A model generated the notes under the pieces. The model made no database searches. It had not been told where the DNA came from and saw only the letters and a list, made by a program, of their open reading frames with translations. A program made the position numbers and the translations under genes. This document shows positions 1 to 10,037 of a stretch of DNA of 64,000 nt, piece after piece (the stretch's first letter is position 1; each line of letters begins with the position of its first letter). The stretch spans positions 99,325 to 163,324 of the forward strand of contig OZ242012.1 in assembly GCA_965204795.1 (NCBI GenBank). Direction: 5' to 3'. Source of the DNA: Thermodesulfobacteriota bacterium (GTDB taxonomy: Bacteria; Desulfobacterota_D; UBA1144; Nemesobacterales; Nemesobacteraceae).

Positions 1-356
1 AAGTACTCGACCAGCTGGGGGATGAACTTCCCCTTGTAGGGATGCAGCCTGTGAACGTGTTTCGTCCGCTCCTTTTCCTTGTACTCCGAAAAAGACAGCC
101 GCCAGTTTAGGTCGTCGCCCAGCTTTTCTTTCCACCGTCTCTCTCTGCTGAACGAATCGTAGTAGTCTTTCAGTTCTTCCTTGTCGACCAGGACGGTTCC
201 GTTGTGTCCGTACTTGTTGACCCTTCCGTATTGAACCAGATAGGAGATGTTCGAGGCGGTTACCTCGCTGTTGGTGTAGACGGCCGCCCATTCGGCGGCT
301 TGCCTGAAGCTGACAAGCGTTCGTTCTTTTTCCTTGAACAGGGTCCGTTCGGTCAT
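1..356 (-). CDS. DNA methyltransferase (N4/N6 type, restriction-modification M protein), 5' part; runs off the window edge
   Basis: Not in the ORF track. Manual translation from ATG at 356: MTERTLFKEK...SNISYLVQYGRV...LNWRLSFSEYKEKERTKHVHRLHPYKGKFIPQLVEY. The HPYKGKFIPQLV motif is typical of amino-methyltransferases, and an N-terminal HTH-like segment precedes it. Confidence 0.75.
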   Translation of the reverse strand, partial: MTERTLFKEKERTLVSFRQAAEWAAVYTNSEVTASNISYLVQYGRVNKYGHNGTVLVDKEELKDYYDSFSRERRWKEKLGDDLNWRLSFSEYKEKERTKHVHRLHPYKGKFIPQLVEY

Positions 357-1039
357 TTCTACCCGCCGACGATTCGGAAACGGGTTTTCCGTCTCCGGGC
401 GAATCTTGAAAACAGGTCGAGGGGCGGGTCGCTTCGGGGACTTGCGCGGTTTTCCGAAAAACCGGACCGGAAAAGCCGCCGACGAGCGACTTGCCCGACA
501 ACAAGGATACCGGGTTGGGTCGCCAAAGAAAACGCCGGGGGGCGGGACTCGCCCGGACTCGGAACGTCGGACGGAGGAAACCGGCCGGCGGCGCATCGCG
601 GTTTGCGGCGATTGCGCACGAGCGGCGCGACAACTAGTATTTCGTTTTCTATTCCGGGCGGCTGGACAAGTTCTGGATTATGACATCTGAAGAATTTATC
701 GCCGAGTCTCTCCAAGACATAAAGGGGAAAAACGCCGGCAAACGCTCGGTCCTGCTTAACGGCAAAAAGAAGAACAGGGAAACGGGAAAGTACGAGGAAT
801 GTCCTAAGTTCGAAAAATATCCCGCTCCCGATTTTTCCCGATTGTCCGAAGCGTGACTTTCTTTCAGTTTTGTCCGAATTAAGCATTACCTGGTCCCGGC
901 GGCCTGACCCGCTTCGCTGAAATTTTTTCCGGCTTCGCCTTGCTCGTCTTTTCCCGGACTAACAGGTAAATCATCATGACTGAAAGGTCGGGAACAGGGT
1001 CCTGTCGGCGGACCGCCGGGATTCAACGGAGAAGAGCAA

Positions 1040-1426
1040 TTGAAAGACATCGACGTGTACGTCGTCCGGAGCGGCCGTCTCGGGAATCTGACGGGCGCCT
1101 TCGTCAGCAGGGACGACGCTATAGAGCATATCGCCGGACGGATAAGGGAGAATTCGGGAGCGCATCCCGAGGTGAAGCTGGACGGAACGTACAGGGTTTC
1201 CGTTCCCGAAAGCTGGATTCGCACAAAAACGCCTCGTCGCGTTTACGTGCTTCTGCAACATATTCACGAAACATCCGCGGGCACGATACTCGGTTTTCAC
1301 ACGAACCTAGGCGGCGCCAGAAAAGCCATGGAAACGCGAAGCCGTTATTTTTTCGAACAGGGAAGGGACTTCGTGCCGAGACTGAAAATAGCGGAAGTTG
1401 ACCTGTATGCGTATGCGGAATCCTGA
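1040..1426 (+). CDS. hypothetical protein, tandem paralog copy 1
   Basis: 128 aa, TTG start; aligns end to end with 1595..1987 (MKDIDVYVVR...PEVKLDGTYRVSVP...ILGFHT...DL.AY.ES). Confidence 0.75.
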   Translation: MKDIDVYVVRSGRLGNLTGAFVSRDDAIEHIAGRIRENSGAHPEVKLDGTYRVSVPESWIRTKTPRRVYVLLQHIHETSAGTILGFHTNLGGARKAMETRSRYFFEQGRDFVPRLKIAEVDLYAYAES

Positions 1427-1594
1427 ATCCCGGCGGCTTCAGCTCGTTGAAGCCGGTCGTGGTAAGAAATTCAAACCGCGACGGGAGCCTGGTTGAGGGC
1501 GGATGCAAGGACTGTCCGGGTGGGACCGGACGCGAATTTTCCGAAAGTTTCCAAGATGTTCGTCGCCTGCTATTGCCGTTGAGGAGGGACGCGG

Positions 1595-1987
1595 ATGAAA
1601 GACATTGACGTATATGTTGTAAGAACCGGCTCCGGCGGTTCCGACGGTCTGGTCGCCGCCTTCGTCAGCAAGGACGAAGCGATAGAGCATATAGTCGGGC
1701 TGGCGAGAAAGAATTCGGGAAGATGTCCCGAGGTGAAGCTGGACGGGACATACAGGGTTTCCGTTCCGGACAGATGGACTCGCGACAAAGCCCCTCGCCG
1801 CATTTACGCGCTCACGGAACATATGTTTGAAGGCGAGGGGGGCAGGATACTGGGCTTTCACACAACCTGCGACAAGGTCAGAAAAGCCATGAAGCGGCAG
1901 AGCCGCTGTTTCTTTGAAGAAGGATGGTACGTCATACCGAGATTCGAGATAACTGCGATTGACCTGCACGCGTATACGGAATCCTGA
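1595..1987 (+). CDS. hypothetical protein, tandem paralog copy 2
   Basis: 130 aa, ATG with GAGGAGG RBS; paralog of 1040..1426. Confidence 0.8.
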   Translation: MKDIDVYVVRTGSGGSDGLVAAFVSKDEAIEHIVGLARKNSGRCPEVKLDGTYRVSVPDRWTRDKAPRRIYALTEHMFEGEGGRILGFHTTCDKVRKAMKRQSRCFFEEGWYVIPRFEITAIDLHAYTES

Positions 1988-2293
1988 ATCCAGACGACAC
2001 AATCGTATCTTTCGCGGATTCGAGGCGGAAAAAAGCGGCGTTTCTTTTGTCCGGTTAAACAGCGAGAGTTCAAATCTCATTCAACTCGAGGAAACGCCGT
2101 CATGAGCAACAGACTGCAAATGTACATGGAAATCTCCTTGAGTCCACCAACTTGATATGACTTGAAACTTCTTTCCAGCGACGAGCAATACGACAGTCTC
2201 CGCGCACTGTGCGGAGCGCAGAGGTTGTTCCTCTTGTTGCGATACGTGAAACCGCAAACAATATTGGGACAGGAATGCAGTTAGGGAGATAAA

Positions 2294-3079
2294 ATGTACG
2301 AAGAGCATCCAAGTTTTGAACCTCCTCCGCAAGAAGCTGTTCTGTGGAGATATTTGAATTTTACTAAATTTGTCTCTCTCCTAGACAGGAAAGCTTTGTT
2401 TTTTGCCAGAGCGGATAAACTGGGGGACCCTTTCGAAGGGTCTTACGCTAAGAAGAACATAATCAAGCTCCGTGATACGTATGCTGAATTACCTGAAGAA
2501 ATAAAGGCCCAGTTATCTGACTTGCAGAAATATCTTTGGCAACAAGATTCCGGCCGCAGTTTTTTCAAGGAATACCGGAAAATGATTTTTGCCAATTGCT
2601 GGCATGAAAGCACCCATGAATCGGCAGCCATGTGGAGATTGTACTCTGGAGAGTATGAAGGTATTGCCATCAAGACTAATTTCGGGTCTTTTGCCCAGAG
2701 CTTGGCAGGAGAAGAAGCTGTGTACGTTGGGAAGGTTAAATATATCGACTACGATAAAGACTCTATCCCTCAGGACAATGCACTCAATCCTTATTTGTAC
2801 AAGAGAAAGAGCTTTGAACATGAACGCGAGGTAAGGGCAGTTATCATTAGAGACGATCATCACCATTTATATGACGACATTGACGATACGGGGAAATATT
2901 GCGAAGTCGAGATTGCTTCTTTGGTCAAAGAAGTAATTGTTGCACCCTATGCTCAAGACTGGTTTCTGGAACTTGTTGCTTCGGTTTCCGTGCTTTACGG
3001 TCTGGGAGCAAGTGTTAGAAGGTCCAGTTTGGCCGATGAACCGAATTTTGGGAAATTTGATAAGGAACGAAACGTTTGA
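2294..3079 (+). CDS. DUF2971-like protein
   Basis: Motifs LWRYLNFTKF, LFFARADKLGDPFEG, NCWH...ESAAMWRLY, KRKSFEHEREVR; GGGAG RBS. Confidence 0.7.
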   Translation: MYEEHPSFEPPPQEAVLWRYLNFTKFVSLLDRKALFFARADKLGDPFEGSYAKKNIIKLRDTYAELPEEIKAQLSDLQKYLWQQDSGRSFFKEYRKMIFANCWHESTHESAAMWRLYSGEYEGIAIKTNFGSFAQSLAGEEAVYVGKVKYIDYDKDSIPQDNALNPYLYKRKSFEHEREVRAVIIRDDHHHLYDDIDDTGKYCEVEIASLVKEVIVAPYAQDWFLELVASVSVLYGLGASVRRSSLADEPNFGKFDKERNV

Positions 3080-3185
3080 TGCTTGTCTGCACGAGCAAGG
3101 GATTGGCGACAGTAGCGCGATGAAGCTAGTAGCCAAACAATTCCGGGTTCTGATTCCTCATAAGGAACAGCCTTTCAACGGTTTA

Positions 3186-3809
3186 CTATTTGCTTTCTTC
3201 GTCGGTACTGTCGTAGACATCGACTTTTAGCTTGTGAGATCCGGTAGCGAAATGTTCTATCTGCTTCTGTATTTTTTGGAGATTTTCTGCTATGGAATGC
3301 AAGGGAGGTTTTCCAAACATCCTGTAATCCTTGAACTCGGCCATCTCTAGTTGATAGACGTTTTCGTATTTTCTTTTCGTGGCGCTTCTGTACTTTGTCT
3401 TGACCGTTAGGACCGCTTTGATTTTCTCTTCAGCATTTTTTGAAAGCTCCGTGAACCCAGCCCGCATTTCTTGTCCGGGTCCCAGATATTTGAGACCGGT
3501 GTTGAGGAATTGCGGTTCTGAGAAGTCCTTGATGAGCATTTGCCCCCCGGGAGTTTCCGTTTCTTCGCCTATCTCAAATGAAACGTCAAAAGCGGGTCCG
3601 AGACCTATGTTCCGGACATAGAGATGGGCAAAGGTTATTGCTTCCTCTTTTGGTCTGACCCAAACGGCGATCTTCGGCTCCGTCTGGACTTCCCGCAATT
3701 TTTTCGTCTCGGCGACCAGGGAGCGAGTTAGAATAACGTAGAAAACAGTTGATGCTGCAACCACCCCCGCGAACAAAATTTCACCATTTTGTACTATCCA
3801 GTTAAGCAT
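3186..3809 (-). CDS. hypothetical protein with N-terminal membrane anchor
   Basis: Start refined to ATG at 3809 (MLNWIVQ...) after an AAGGAGG RBS; hydrophobic ILFAGVVAASTVFYVILT, then RNIGLGPAFDV. Confidence 0.7.
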   Translation of the reverse strand: MLNWIVQNGEILFAGVVAASTVFYVILTRSLVAETKKLREVQTEPKIAVWVRPKEEAITFAHLYVRNIGLGPAFDVSFEIGEETETPGGQMLIKDFSEPQFLNTGLKYLGPGQEMRAGFTELSKNAEEKIKAVLTVKTKYRSATKRKYENVYQLEMAEFKDYRMFGKPPLHSIAENLQKIQKQIEHFATGSHKLKVDVYDSTDEESK

Positions 3810-4047
3810 GATGACCTCCTTTGGACTAACCGGAAAAGCTTGAAGAATTATATTCACTAACTGGTTTGAATTGTAATGATGGTTCGAAAAAGTGTTCGCT
3901 TGAATTACCTGCCTGTTTCCTTCTCGCTTTACCGTCTCTCCACCCACTGCGCGAATAATATTGCTTTTTCGACCTTAAATCTTTAGAGCATGGAAACGGC
4001 TCCCTGCCCTGTTGCCGGTTTTCCAACAACTAATGGGCAATGACAAT

Positions 4048-4401
4048 CTACAAACCGAAAACCGACGTCACCAGGTCGAACAGCATCTGCTTCAGTATGC
4101 CGAGAAACGAGTTCTTCTTTCCCAGTTTCTTTTCCGCTTTTTTCCAAAGACCGTCGTCGCGCGCCAGCGCGAGAAACTCCCGCCCCCGCCGGGTGAGCCG
4201 CCCGGGCGCCCATCGGCAGCCGTCCGACGGGGACAGGTTCACGGCGTCGATCAGTCCCTTTTCATGCAGGAACCCGACGTGACGCGAAACTTCCTCCCGC
4301 GTCCGGCCGGGAACGTCCAGGTGCGCGAAGCCGCGCCCCGAATCTTCGCCGTCACCGACGGCCAGCAGTACGGCCCGGACAAGGTCGAAATCCGGCTTCA
4401 C
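4048..4401 (-). CDS. DUF2513 family winged-helix protein
   Basis: MKPDFDLVRAVLLAV...HVGFLHEKGLI...LTRRGREFLALARDDGLWKKA matches the DUF2513 pattern. Confidence 0.75.
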   Translation of the reverse strand: MKPDFDLVRAVLLAVGDGEDSGRGFAHLDVPGRTREEVSRHVGFLHEKGLIDAVNLSPSDGCRWAPGRLTRRGREFLALARDDGLWKKAEKKLGKKNSFLGILKQMLFDLVTSVFGL

Positions 4402-4504
4402 GTTCCCGCGGCTCCGGCTTTTCGCGATTCGGGGAATCCGGACGGGAACGGCTCGGAAACTTCCCGCGAATACGGGGTTTCATGCGGCGGGGAGAGCCGC
4501 GGAA

Positions 4505-5122
4505 TCATTTCGGTACGATCTCCCTCACCCTGAGCCTGGTTCCGTCCCGGGTCACGAGAGACGGCGTTTTCTCGACCCCGAGTCTTTCGAGAATGAACGG
4601 ACTCGCCCTGTAGACCATCCGGCCCGCGAGCGAGGAGGCCCTGCGGATGTCGCCGTCGGTGAGCACCAGCGTCGGCTTCCTTTCGCTTATCTCCCCGAGC
4701 AGCGCCTCCACCTGGTCTTCCCGAAGAACCAGCACGGGTTTCGAGAGCGTCACGTGGGCGAGCGGATTCACGGTTCCCGCGGGGGAGACGATTCTTCCGG
4801 CATGGTCGTAGACGGGATTTTCGACCTTCACCGAGGGGTCGACGTGGCGGACGCGCTCTTCCTCGGCCGCCGGCACGCCGAGCGAAACGACGGAGAGCTT
4901 CCCGTGCGCCCTCCCGGCGTTTCCCACGGCTTTTTCCCGAAGCGCCCGCATGTCGATCTCTCCCGCCTTCCTCCTCACGTACGAAAGCATGTCCTCCTCC
5001 CCTATCTCGTAGAGCCTTCCGTGAACCCCGAGATCCTTCCCCGCCCCGCGCGCCGCGGCGGACGGAACCGGGAAAAGGAGGACCGCGGCTAGAAAAGCGG
5101 CCAGGCGCGCCCGACGACCCAT
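4505..5122 (-). CDS. traW: F-type conjugative pilus assembly protein TraW
   Basis: Signal peptide, then DLGVHGRLYEIGEEDML, DPSV, GTVNPL; lies directly after the S26 peptidase as in SXT-type clusters. Confidence 0.75.
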   Translation of the reverse strand: MGRRARLAAFLAAVLLFPVPSAAARGAGKDLGVHGRLYEIGEEDMLSYVRRKAGEIDMRALREKAVGNAGRAHGKLSVVSLGVPAAEEERVRHVDPSVKVENPVYDHAGRIVSPAGTVNPLAHVTLSKPVLVLREDQVEALLGEISERKPTLVLTDGDIRRASSLAGRMVYRASPFILERLGVEKTPSLVTRDGTRLRVREIVPK

Positions 5123-5577
5123 GACTTTTTGACGAACCCCCAGTATCTCGAATCGTAGCTCCTGGGACCGTCCCCCAGGACGAACCAGCTTCCCTCGGGA
5201 ATGGGGCCGAAAAACTCGAAGCTCCCGACCGGCGCCCCCGCGGAATCCGTCCCGCTCGCGGTCCCGACCCGTTCGCCGTTTATGAAAAACTCCCTCCCCT
5301 CCGTCCGAAGAAAGTCTCCCGGACAGCCGACGAACCTCTTGGCGAAAACCGTTCCGCGCTCCCAGTAGGGATTTTCGACCTCCAGGCGGAAAAGCCCCAC
5401 GGCCCCCGCCCCGCAGGAAACCTCCGCGCCCCTGGCCGAGAGAAAGACCCGCCAGGGAAGCGACCCCGAGGTGCCGACCGAGATCCGCACCCCCGAAAGC
5501 CAGAGCCCCGCCCCCGCAGCGAAAAGACAGAGAGAAAGGACCGCCGCCCGCGCTCCCGCCCCCGAAAACCGGCTCAC
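5089..5577 (-). CDS. S26 signal peptidase-like pilin processing protein (TrhF/TraF peptidase type)
   Basis: SGSLP serine, AKRFVGCPGD lysine and FVLGDGPRSYDSRYWGFV motifs. Confidence 0.85.
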   Translation of the reverse strand: MSRFSGAGARAAVLSLCLFAAGAGLWLSGVRISVGTSGSLPWRVFLSARGAEVSCGAGAVGLFRLEVENPYWERGTVFAKRFVGCPGDFLRTEGREFFINGERVGTASGTDSAGAPVGSFEFFGPIPEGSWFVLGDGPRSYDSRYWGFVKKSWVVGRAWPLF

Positions 5578-5924
5578 TCCTCCTCCCCCCGCGCGGCGAG
5601 CCGCTCCAAGACCTCCGCCGTCACGTCGCGCCCTCCCGAAAGAACCGCCCCCGCCTCGAGCACCAGGTAGCCCCGCCGCCCGTATGCGCCGACCACCTCC
5701 CCGAAGCGGGCGGGGAACCGCCCGGCCCGCTCCTCCGCCTCCTCCCGCGAGAGCTCCCCTCGGAGCGCTAGCGAAAAAAGCCTCTTTCTCTCCGCCGCCA
5801 CCACGGCCTCCGCGTCCACGAAGACGACCTTGCGCCCGGCCTCCCGCGAGGCGGCCAGAAAGACCCCGAGCGCGGCCGCCGCCGCGAGCGCCGCGAAAAG
5901 CAGAGCGACCGCCGCCCTTCTCAT
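5574..5924 (-). CDS. TrbI-like F-type conjugation accessory protein
   Basis: C-terminal 116 aa of track ORF 5574..8288. Its ATG overlaps the traC stop (ATGA). N-terminal TM, VVFVDAEAVV, LVLEAGAVLSGGRDVT. Confidence 0.6.
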   Translation of the reverse strand: MRRAAVALLFAALAAAAALGVFLAASREAGRKVVFVDAEAVVAAERKRLFSLALRGELSREEAEERAGRFPARFGEVVGAYGRRGYLVLEAGAVLSGGRDVTAEVLERLAARGEEE

Positions 5925-8365
5925 CTTCCCCTCCCCCGCGAGACCTCGACGCACCGCGCCACGGCCTCGGCCGTGTCCATGCCTTCGGCTATGAAGCCGT
6001 CCAGAAGCGCCACCTCGTCGGGATTGGTCGTGTACGTCCAGTAGGAGAAGGGATCCACCACGAGGCGCCCGAGCCCCATTCCCAGTTCCCCGTTGTGGAC
6101 GAAAAGCTCGGAGAACTCCCCGGGCCGGGTGGAGAGGCTCGACACCAGCGAGGAGAAGTAGCCGCCCAGCAGGAGCTTTCCCCCCTTTTTCATCTCCTCC
6201 ACGCTCTCCTGTTTCTGGCGGAGCATGAACGTCCAGGCGGAGTTCTCCAGCACCGCCTCCCCCACGTCCCCCGCCCTGTAGAAGTCGAGCAGGCTCTGGG
6301 TGACCGACACGAACGCCCCGTTGTACTTGCGGGCCCTGCGGTACCCGTGGGCTATGAACTCCCCGGAGAACCCTCCGCCCAGCAGGTCCCACGCCTCGTC
6401 TATCACCGCGAGCTTCCTCCTGCCCCTGTCCCCGAGGTACATCTCCCGCTCTATCCTCCATATGACGGTGAGCAGCACGACGGTCTGAAGCTCGGGCCTG
6501 GAGCGAAGCTCCTCGAGCTCGAGCACCGTGAGGTCCTTCTCGAAAGACACGCCCGAGTCCCCCTCGAAGAACCTGCCGTACTGCCCCCGCGAGCAGTACG
6601 CCCCGAGCATCCGCGCGAGGTCCTCCCCGACGCGCCCGTGGTCGCCTATGGCGCGAAGCGCGTCGGCCACGTCGTCCATGCGCGTTGCGCGCCCGTTTTT
6701 CTCCCACGCCGTCCTTATCGCCTCCTCGAGAAGCGACTTCCCCAGGTCTCCCAGCCTCTCCGACGGCGACGCCATCTGGGCGAACAGGGGCTTCAGAAGT
6801 TCCATGTCCCCGTCTATGTCCTCCACCTTCGAGAAGGGGTTGAGCGACATCCCGCCGCCCGAGTCGAACACCAGGAACTCCCCGTCCACCAGCCCGCAGA
6901 GCTTCTCGTAGGAGCGGCCCACGTCTATGGCGAACACCCGGGCCCCCTCGGCCAGGTACCCGGCCATGATCTCCGAGACGAGAAACGACTTTCCCGAGCC
7001 CGACTGGGCGAACACCGCGCAGTTGTAGTTCGAGGGAGAGGCGAACAGATCGAGCTTCATCACCTGTCCCCGCCTGGACGCGAGCGTCAGGGGCCCCGAG
7101 CCCGTACCCCGCCAGTCGGACATCACGGGAACCAGCGACGCTCCCGCCGAGCGCTGCATGGTGCGGGCGCGGCGAAGAAGCCTCTCCGCCCGGGGATCCA
7201 TGCCGAGGGGGAGGCTTCCCAGCAGGAGCGGAAGGAGCACGTACCTCTCCTGGCGGAGGTCGAAGCCCCGCGCCCGCCATATTCCGGTCGCGGCCTCGCG
7301 CGCCCGCTCGGCCTCCTCGGCCCCGCGGGTCTTTATGAAAAGCCCGAGCGTCGCCCGCACCAGTCCCTCGTCCTCGAGCGCCCCCACCAGGAAGTCGAAG
7401 TTCTCGGCCTTCCTTCGGAGCCTTGGTATGAACCTCGTGACCAGTCCGAAGCTCTGCTGCTTCACCATCGCCGCCTTGGCACGCACGCGCGCGGCGTCCC
7501 CGGGGGCGGGAACCACGAAGCCCGCGTGCAGGAAGAAGTACGCGGGCACCTGGGAGAGACCTCTCGCCGGGTCCCCCAGAAGCTCGTGCAGCTCGCCCAG
7601 GGAGAAGCTTTCCGGAAACGCCGCGGGGGAGTATCCCCGAAGCACCTCGTCCCCGATCCCGATCTCCCCGGCCAGAACCTCCGTCTCCGTCTCGAGGTCC
7701 ACCATCCTTTTTCTTATCTCCTCCGTTCCGTCGTAGAGGGCGGCGGGGCGGGCGAGGTACCACGGGTCGCCGCGCCAGCTCTCCTCGGGGTTGAGAAGCT
7801 CGCGCAGGATGAGTACCAGCTCCCGGGGCGGAAGCGGCCGCGGCCGAAGAAGCGCGGACTCCAGGACCCCCTCCGCGGCGCTTCCGATCTTCCGAGCCTC
7901 CCCGAGCCTCCCTTCCCACGCCGCCTCGTCCGACCCCGCGCGGCCCTCGGGCGCGGGCAGCTTCACCGACGCGAGGAACCGGAAGTCCCTGGCCGGGGTT
8001 CCGGTCTTCTCCCTCATGCCGCGCTCGTACAGCCGCCGCCTCTCCTCGGCCATCCTGGCGAGCACCGCGCCTCCCGCTCCCCGCCCGGCCCGGGGCGGAG
8101 GGAAAAGAGGCGACACCAGCTCGGAGGCGAAGGCGTGGAACTGCACCGTCGCGCCCGGGGGAAGTATCCGGGAGTCGAGCATTCCCGCCAGTATCCTCGG
8201 GGTGTCCTCCCCGACCTCGAGCAGCGGCTCTATCTCCCACACGAAGCCGAACGACATGTCGGCCTGCATGTACGTTCCGCCCTCCCACGCCGCGTAGGGA
8301 AGCCAGTCGGAAAGCGAGTGCCTGCGGCAGAGATCGGCCACCGCGTCCGCCGGAAGTCCCGTCAC
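5921..8365 (-). CDS. traC: type IV secretion ATPase TraC (VirB4 family, F-type)
   Basis: GTG start overlaps the traV stop. LSDWLPY, Walker A AQSGSGKS, IDVGRSYEKLC, Walker B VIDEAW, RRARKYNG, VTQS. Confidence 0.93.
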   Translation of the reverse strand: MTGLPADAVADLCRRHSLSDWLPYAAWEGGTYMQADMSFGFVWEIEPLLEVGEDTPRILAGMLDSRILPPGATVQFHAFASELVSPLFPPPRAGRGAGGAVLARMAEERRRLYERGMREKTGTPARDFRFLASVKLPAPEGRAGSDEAAWEGRLGEARKIGSAAEGVLESALLRPRPLPPRELVLILRELLNPEESWRGDPWYLARPAALYDGTEEIRKRMVDLETETEVLAGEIGIGDEVLRGYSPAAFPESFSLGELHELLGDPARGLSQVPAYFFLHAGFVVPAPGDAARVRAKAAMVKQQSFGLVTRFIPRLRRKAENFDFLVGALEDEGLVRATLGLFIKTRGAEEAERAREAATGIWRARGFDLRQERYVLLPLLLGSLPLGMDPRAERLLRRARTMQRSAGASLVPVMSDWRGTGSGPLTLASRRGQVMKLDLFASPSNYNCAVFAQSGSGKSFLVSEIMAGYLAEGARVFAIDVGRSYEKLCGLVDGEFLVFDSGGGMSLNPFSKVEDIDGDMELLKPLFAQMASPSERLGDLGKSLLEEAIRTAWEKNGRATRMDDVADALRAIGDHGRVGEDLARMLGAYCSRGQYGRFFEGDSGVSFEKDLTVLELEELRSRPELQTVVLLTVIWRIEREMYLGDRGRRKLAVIDEAWDLLGGGFSGEFIAHGYRRARKYNGAFVSVTQSLLDFYRAGDVGEAVLENSAWTFMLRQKQESVEEMKKGGKLLLGGYFSSLVSSLSTRPGEFSELFVHNGELGMGLGRLVVDPFSYWTYTTNPDEVALLDGFIAEGMDTAEAVARCVEVSRGRGR

Positions 8366-8868
8366 CGCCGCCCCTCCGCTCCCCGCAGGCGAAGCGTCCC
8401 CCGCCCCCGCCCGGGCGGATCCTCCCCTGCCGCTTCCCTGCCCCCGATCTTCCACGTCCCCCTTTCTGGAAGCGCGTACACGTACTTGGCCGAGTGGAAC
8501 ATGCCGTCGGAGTCCCGCCACGGGGCCATCCACACGCGCACGGCCCGCGGGGCGACGTAGACGGGCTCGCCGGCCGCGGGGGCGGAGACCCCCGGGGACG
8601 TTTCCCGTTCCCTCTCTCCCCGCCGAAGCGGAACCGCCGAAGGCAAAGCCCCGCGGCGGCGCGGGGGACCCTTGCGCGCCCTTTTTCCCTCCGCCGCCCG
8701 GGCGGCCTCGGCCACCGCCCGCCCCCGCCCCGAGACGACGCCCGCGTGCACGCGCGAGACGCTTTCGCAGGAAACGCCCGAGGGGGCGGGACAGCCGTAG
8801 CGCGCGGACGCGCCCGCGCAGGAGGCGGCGAGCAGGCAGGCGCACAGGAAAAAAAGCGGGACTCTCAT
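8362..8868 (-). CDS. traV: conjugative lipoprotein TraV
   Basis: Lipobox LLAASC, YGCPAPSGVSCESV, RVWMAPWRDSDGMFH; lies between traB and traC. Confidence 0.85.
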   Translation of the reverse strand: MRVPLFFLCACLLAASCAGASARYGCPAPSGVSCESVSRVHAGVVSGRGRAVAEAARAAEGKRARKGPPRRRGALPSAVPLRRGERERETSPGVSAPAAGEPVYVAPRAVRVWMAPWRDSDGMFHSAKYVYALPERGTWKIGGREAAGEDPPGRGRGTLRLRGAEGRR

Positions 8869-10037
8869 CCTCCCTCCTCCCCGTTCCCGTAGGAAACCTT
8901 CCTGGGAGCGAGCTCCGTTCCCTCCGTCACCACCACGTCCACCCTCCGCCCCGCGTCTATCTCTATCACGGGAAACACCTCCTCGGCCAGGCGAAGGTAG
9001 TACTCGGCGAGAAGCCTTCCCGCCTCCCCGACCCCTCCGCCGACTCCCGCCCTGGCGAGATCCTTCGTCCCCCCGCCTCCGACGGCCGTTATGGTCGTTC
9101 CGCCCGCCGTTATCCCGGTGGAGGAGTTCGCGCTCTCGAGAGCCTCGCCGAGGCCGGCGGAGAACCCGGCGAGAATTCCCCGGGAAAGCAGCCGCCCGCG
9201 CCGCGACACGAGCCTTCCCCTTATCCCCGTCTTTCCGTCCTCCCCCGCAACGTAGCCCCGCACCCCGACGTCCACCACGTCTCCCGAGGCCAGGGAGCAG
9301 GACATCCTCTCGAGCCTCACGTACGCCCGTTCGCTGGACATCTGTCCGTATCCCGCTCCCGTGACGCGGCAGCCGGAGACGCCGAGGCGGGCGGCGTTCG
9401 GAAGGCTGGAGACGTCGGTGAGGTGTATGAGCACGGGGTGGGGGTTTCGCGAGGCGGAGGTTCCGGCGGGTGCGTCGAGGCCGCTCAGCAGCACGCCGGG
9501 GACGAAGCTTCCCGAAGGGATCCAGTTGAGAAGCGCCTCGCCGGGCGCGGGGCCGCCTTCGGGCATCTCCCCCTCGGGGGAGAACGTCCTTATGGAATCG
9601 GCCGGCTCCGCCGCGGCGGGCGGAGGTTCGGCGGAAGCGGGAGGAGCGTGCGGGGCGACGGGCGCTTCCGGGGGAAATTCCGCTCCCGCCCCGCCGTCTC
9701 CGCCGTCCCGCCCGGGGGACGGCGAGGCGTCCTCCCCCCTTCGGGAAAGCTCCCGGAGCATCCCCGCCATGGTCTCCATCTCCGTTCTCATCTCCCTCTG
9801 TCCGGTCTCGAGCATTCCCAGGCGCATCTCCCCTTCCGTGCGCCATTTCTCCCGCGCGAGGTCGACCCCGCGGAGGATCCTGATTCCTCCCTCCCCGCCG
9901 CGCTTCGCGGAATCGCCCCGCTCCTCTCCCCCGAAGACGAGCAGCAGGGTCGCGAGGGCGAACGTTCCCGCGAGCGCCCCGAGCGCCGCCGCCTGCCTTC
10001 CTCTCCCGCGAAGGAACCTCGCCGCGCGCCAGGTCAT
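8865..10037 (-). CDS. traB: TraB (VirB10 family) pilus assembly protein
   Basis: N-terminal TM, coiled coil, Pro-rich linker, IPSGSFVPGVLLSGLDAP, SSERAYVRLERMSC, DGKTGIRGRLVSR, FPVIEIDAGR. Confidence 0.9.
   Translation of the reverse strand: MTWRAARFLRGRGRQAAALGALAGTFALATLLLVFGGEERGDSAKRGGEGGIRILRGVDLAREKWRTEGEMRLGMLETGQREMRTEMETMAGMLRELSRRGEDASPSPGRDGGDGGAGAEFPPEAPVAPHAPPASAEPPPAAAEPADSIRTFSPEGEMPEGGPAPGEALLNWIPSGSFVPGVLLSGLDAPAGTSASRNPHPVLIHLTDVSSLPNAARLGVSGCRVTGAGYGQMSSERAYVRLERMSCSLASGDVVDVGVRGYVAGEDGKTGIRGRLVSRRGRLLSRGILAGFSAGLGEALESANSSTGITAGGTTITAVGGGGTKDLARAGVGGGVGEAGRLLAEYYLRLAEEVFPVIEIDAGRRVDVVVTEGTELAPRKVSYGNGEEGG

Noticed and set aside
680-856. 58-aa ORF MTSEEFIAESLQDIKGK...
   Set aside because: Short, weak RBS and no recognisable motif; cannot be supported.
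1434-1456. Hairpin cggcttca-N6-tgaagccg after paralog copy 1
   Set aside because: Only an 8-bp stem, no U-tract, and not repeated after copy 2.
5471-8560. 1029-aa plus-strand ORF and other long overlapping ORFs in 4.5-16.3 kb (e.g. 13633..16233 5' part, 12657..13907, 9361..10326)
   Set aside because: Pro/Arg-rich shadow frames of tra genes, caused by the scarcity of stop codons at very high GC; no motifs.
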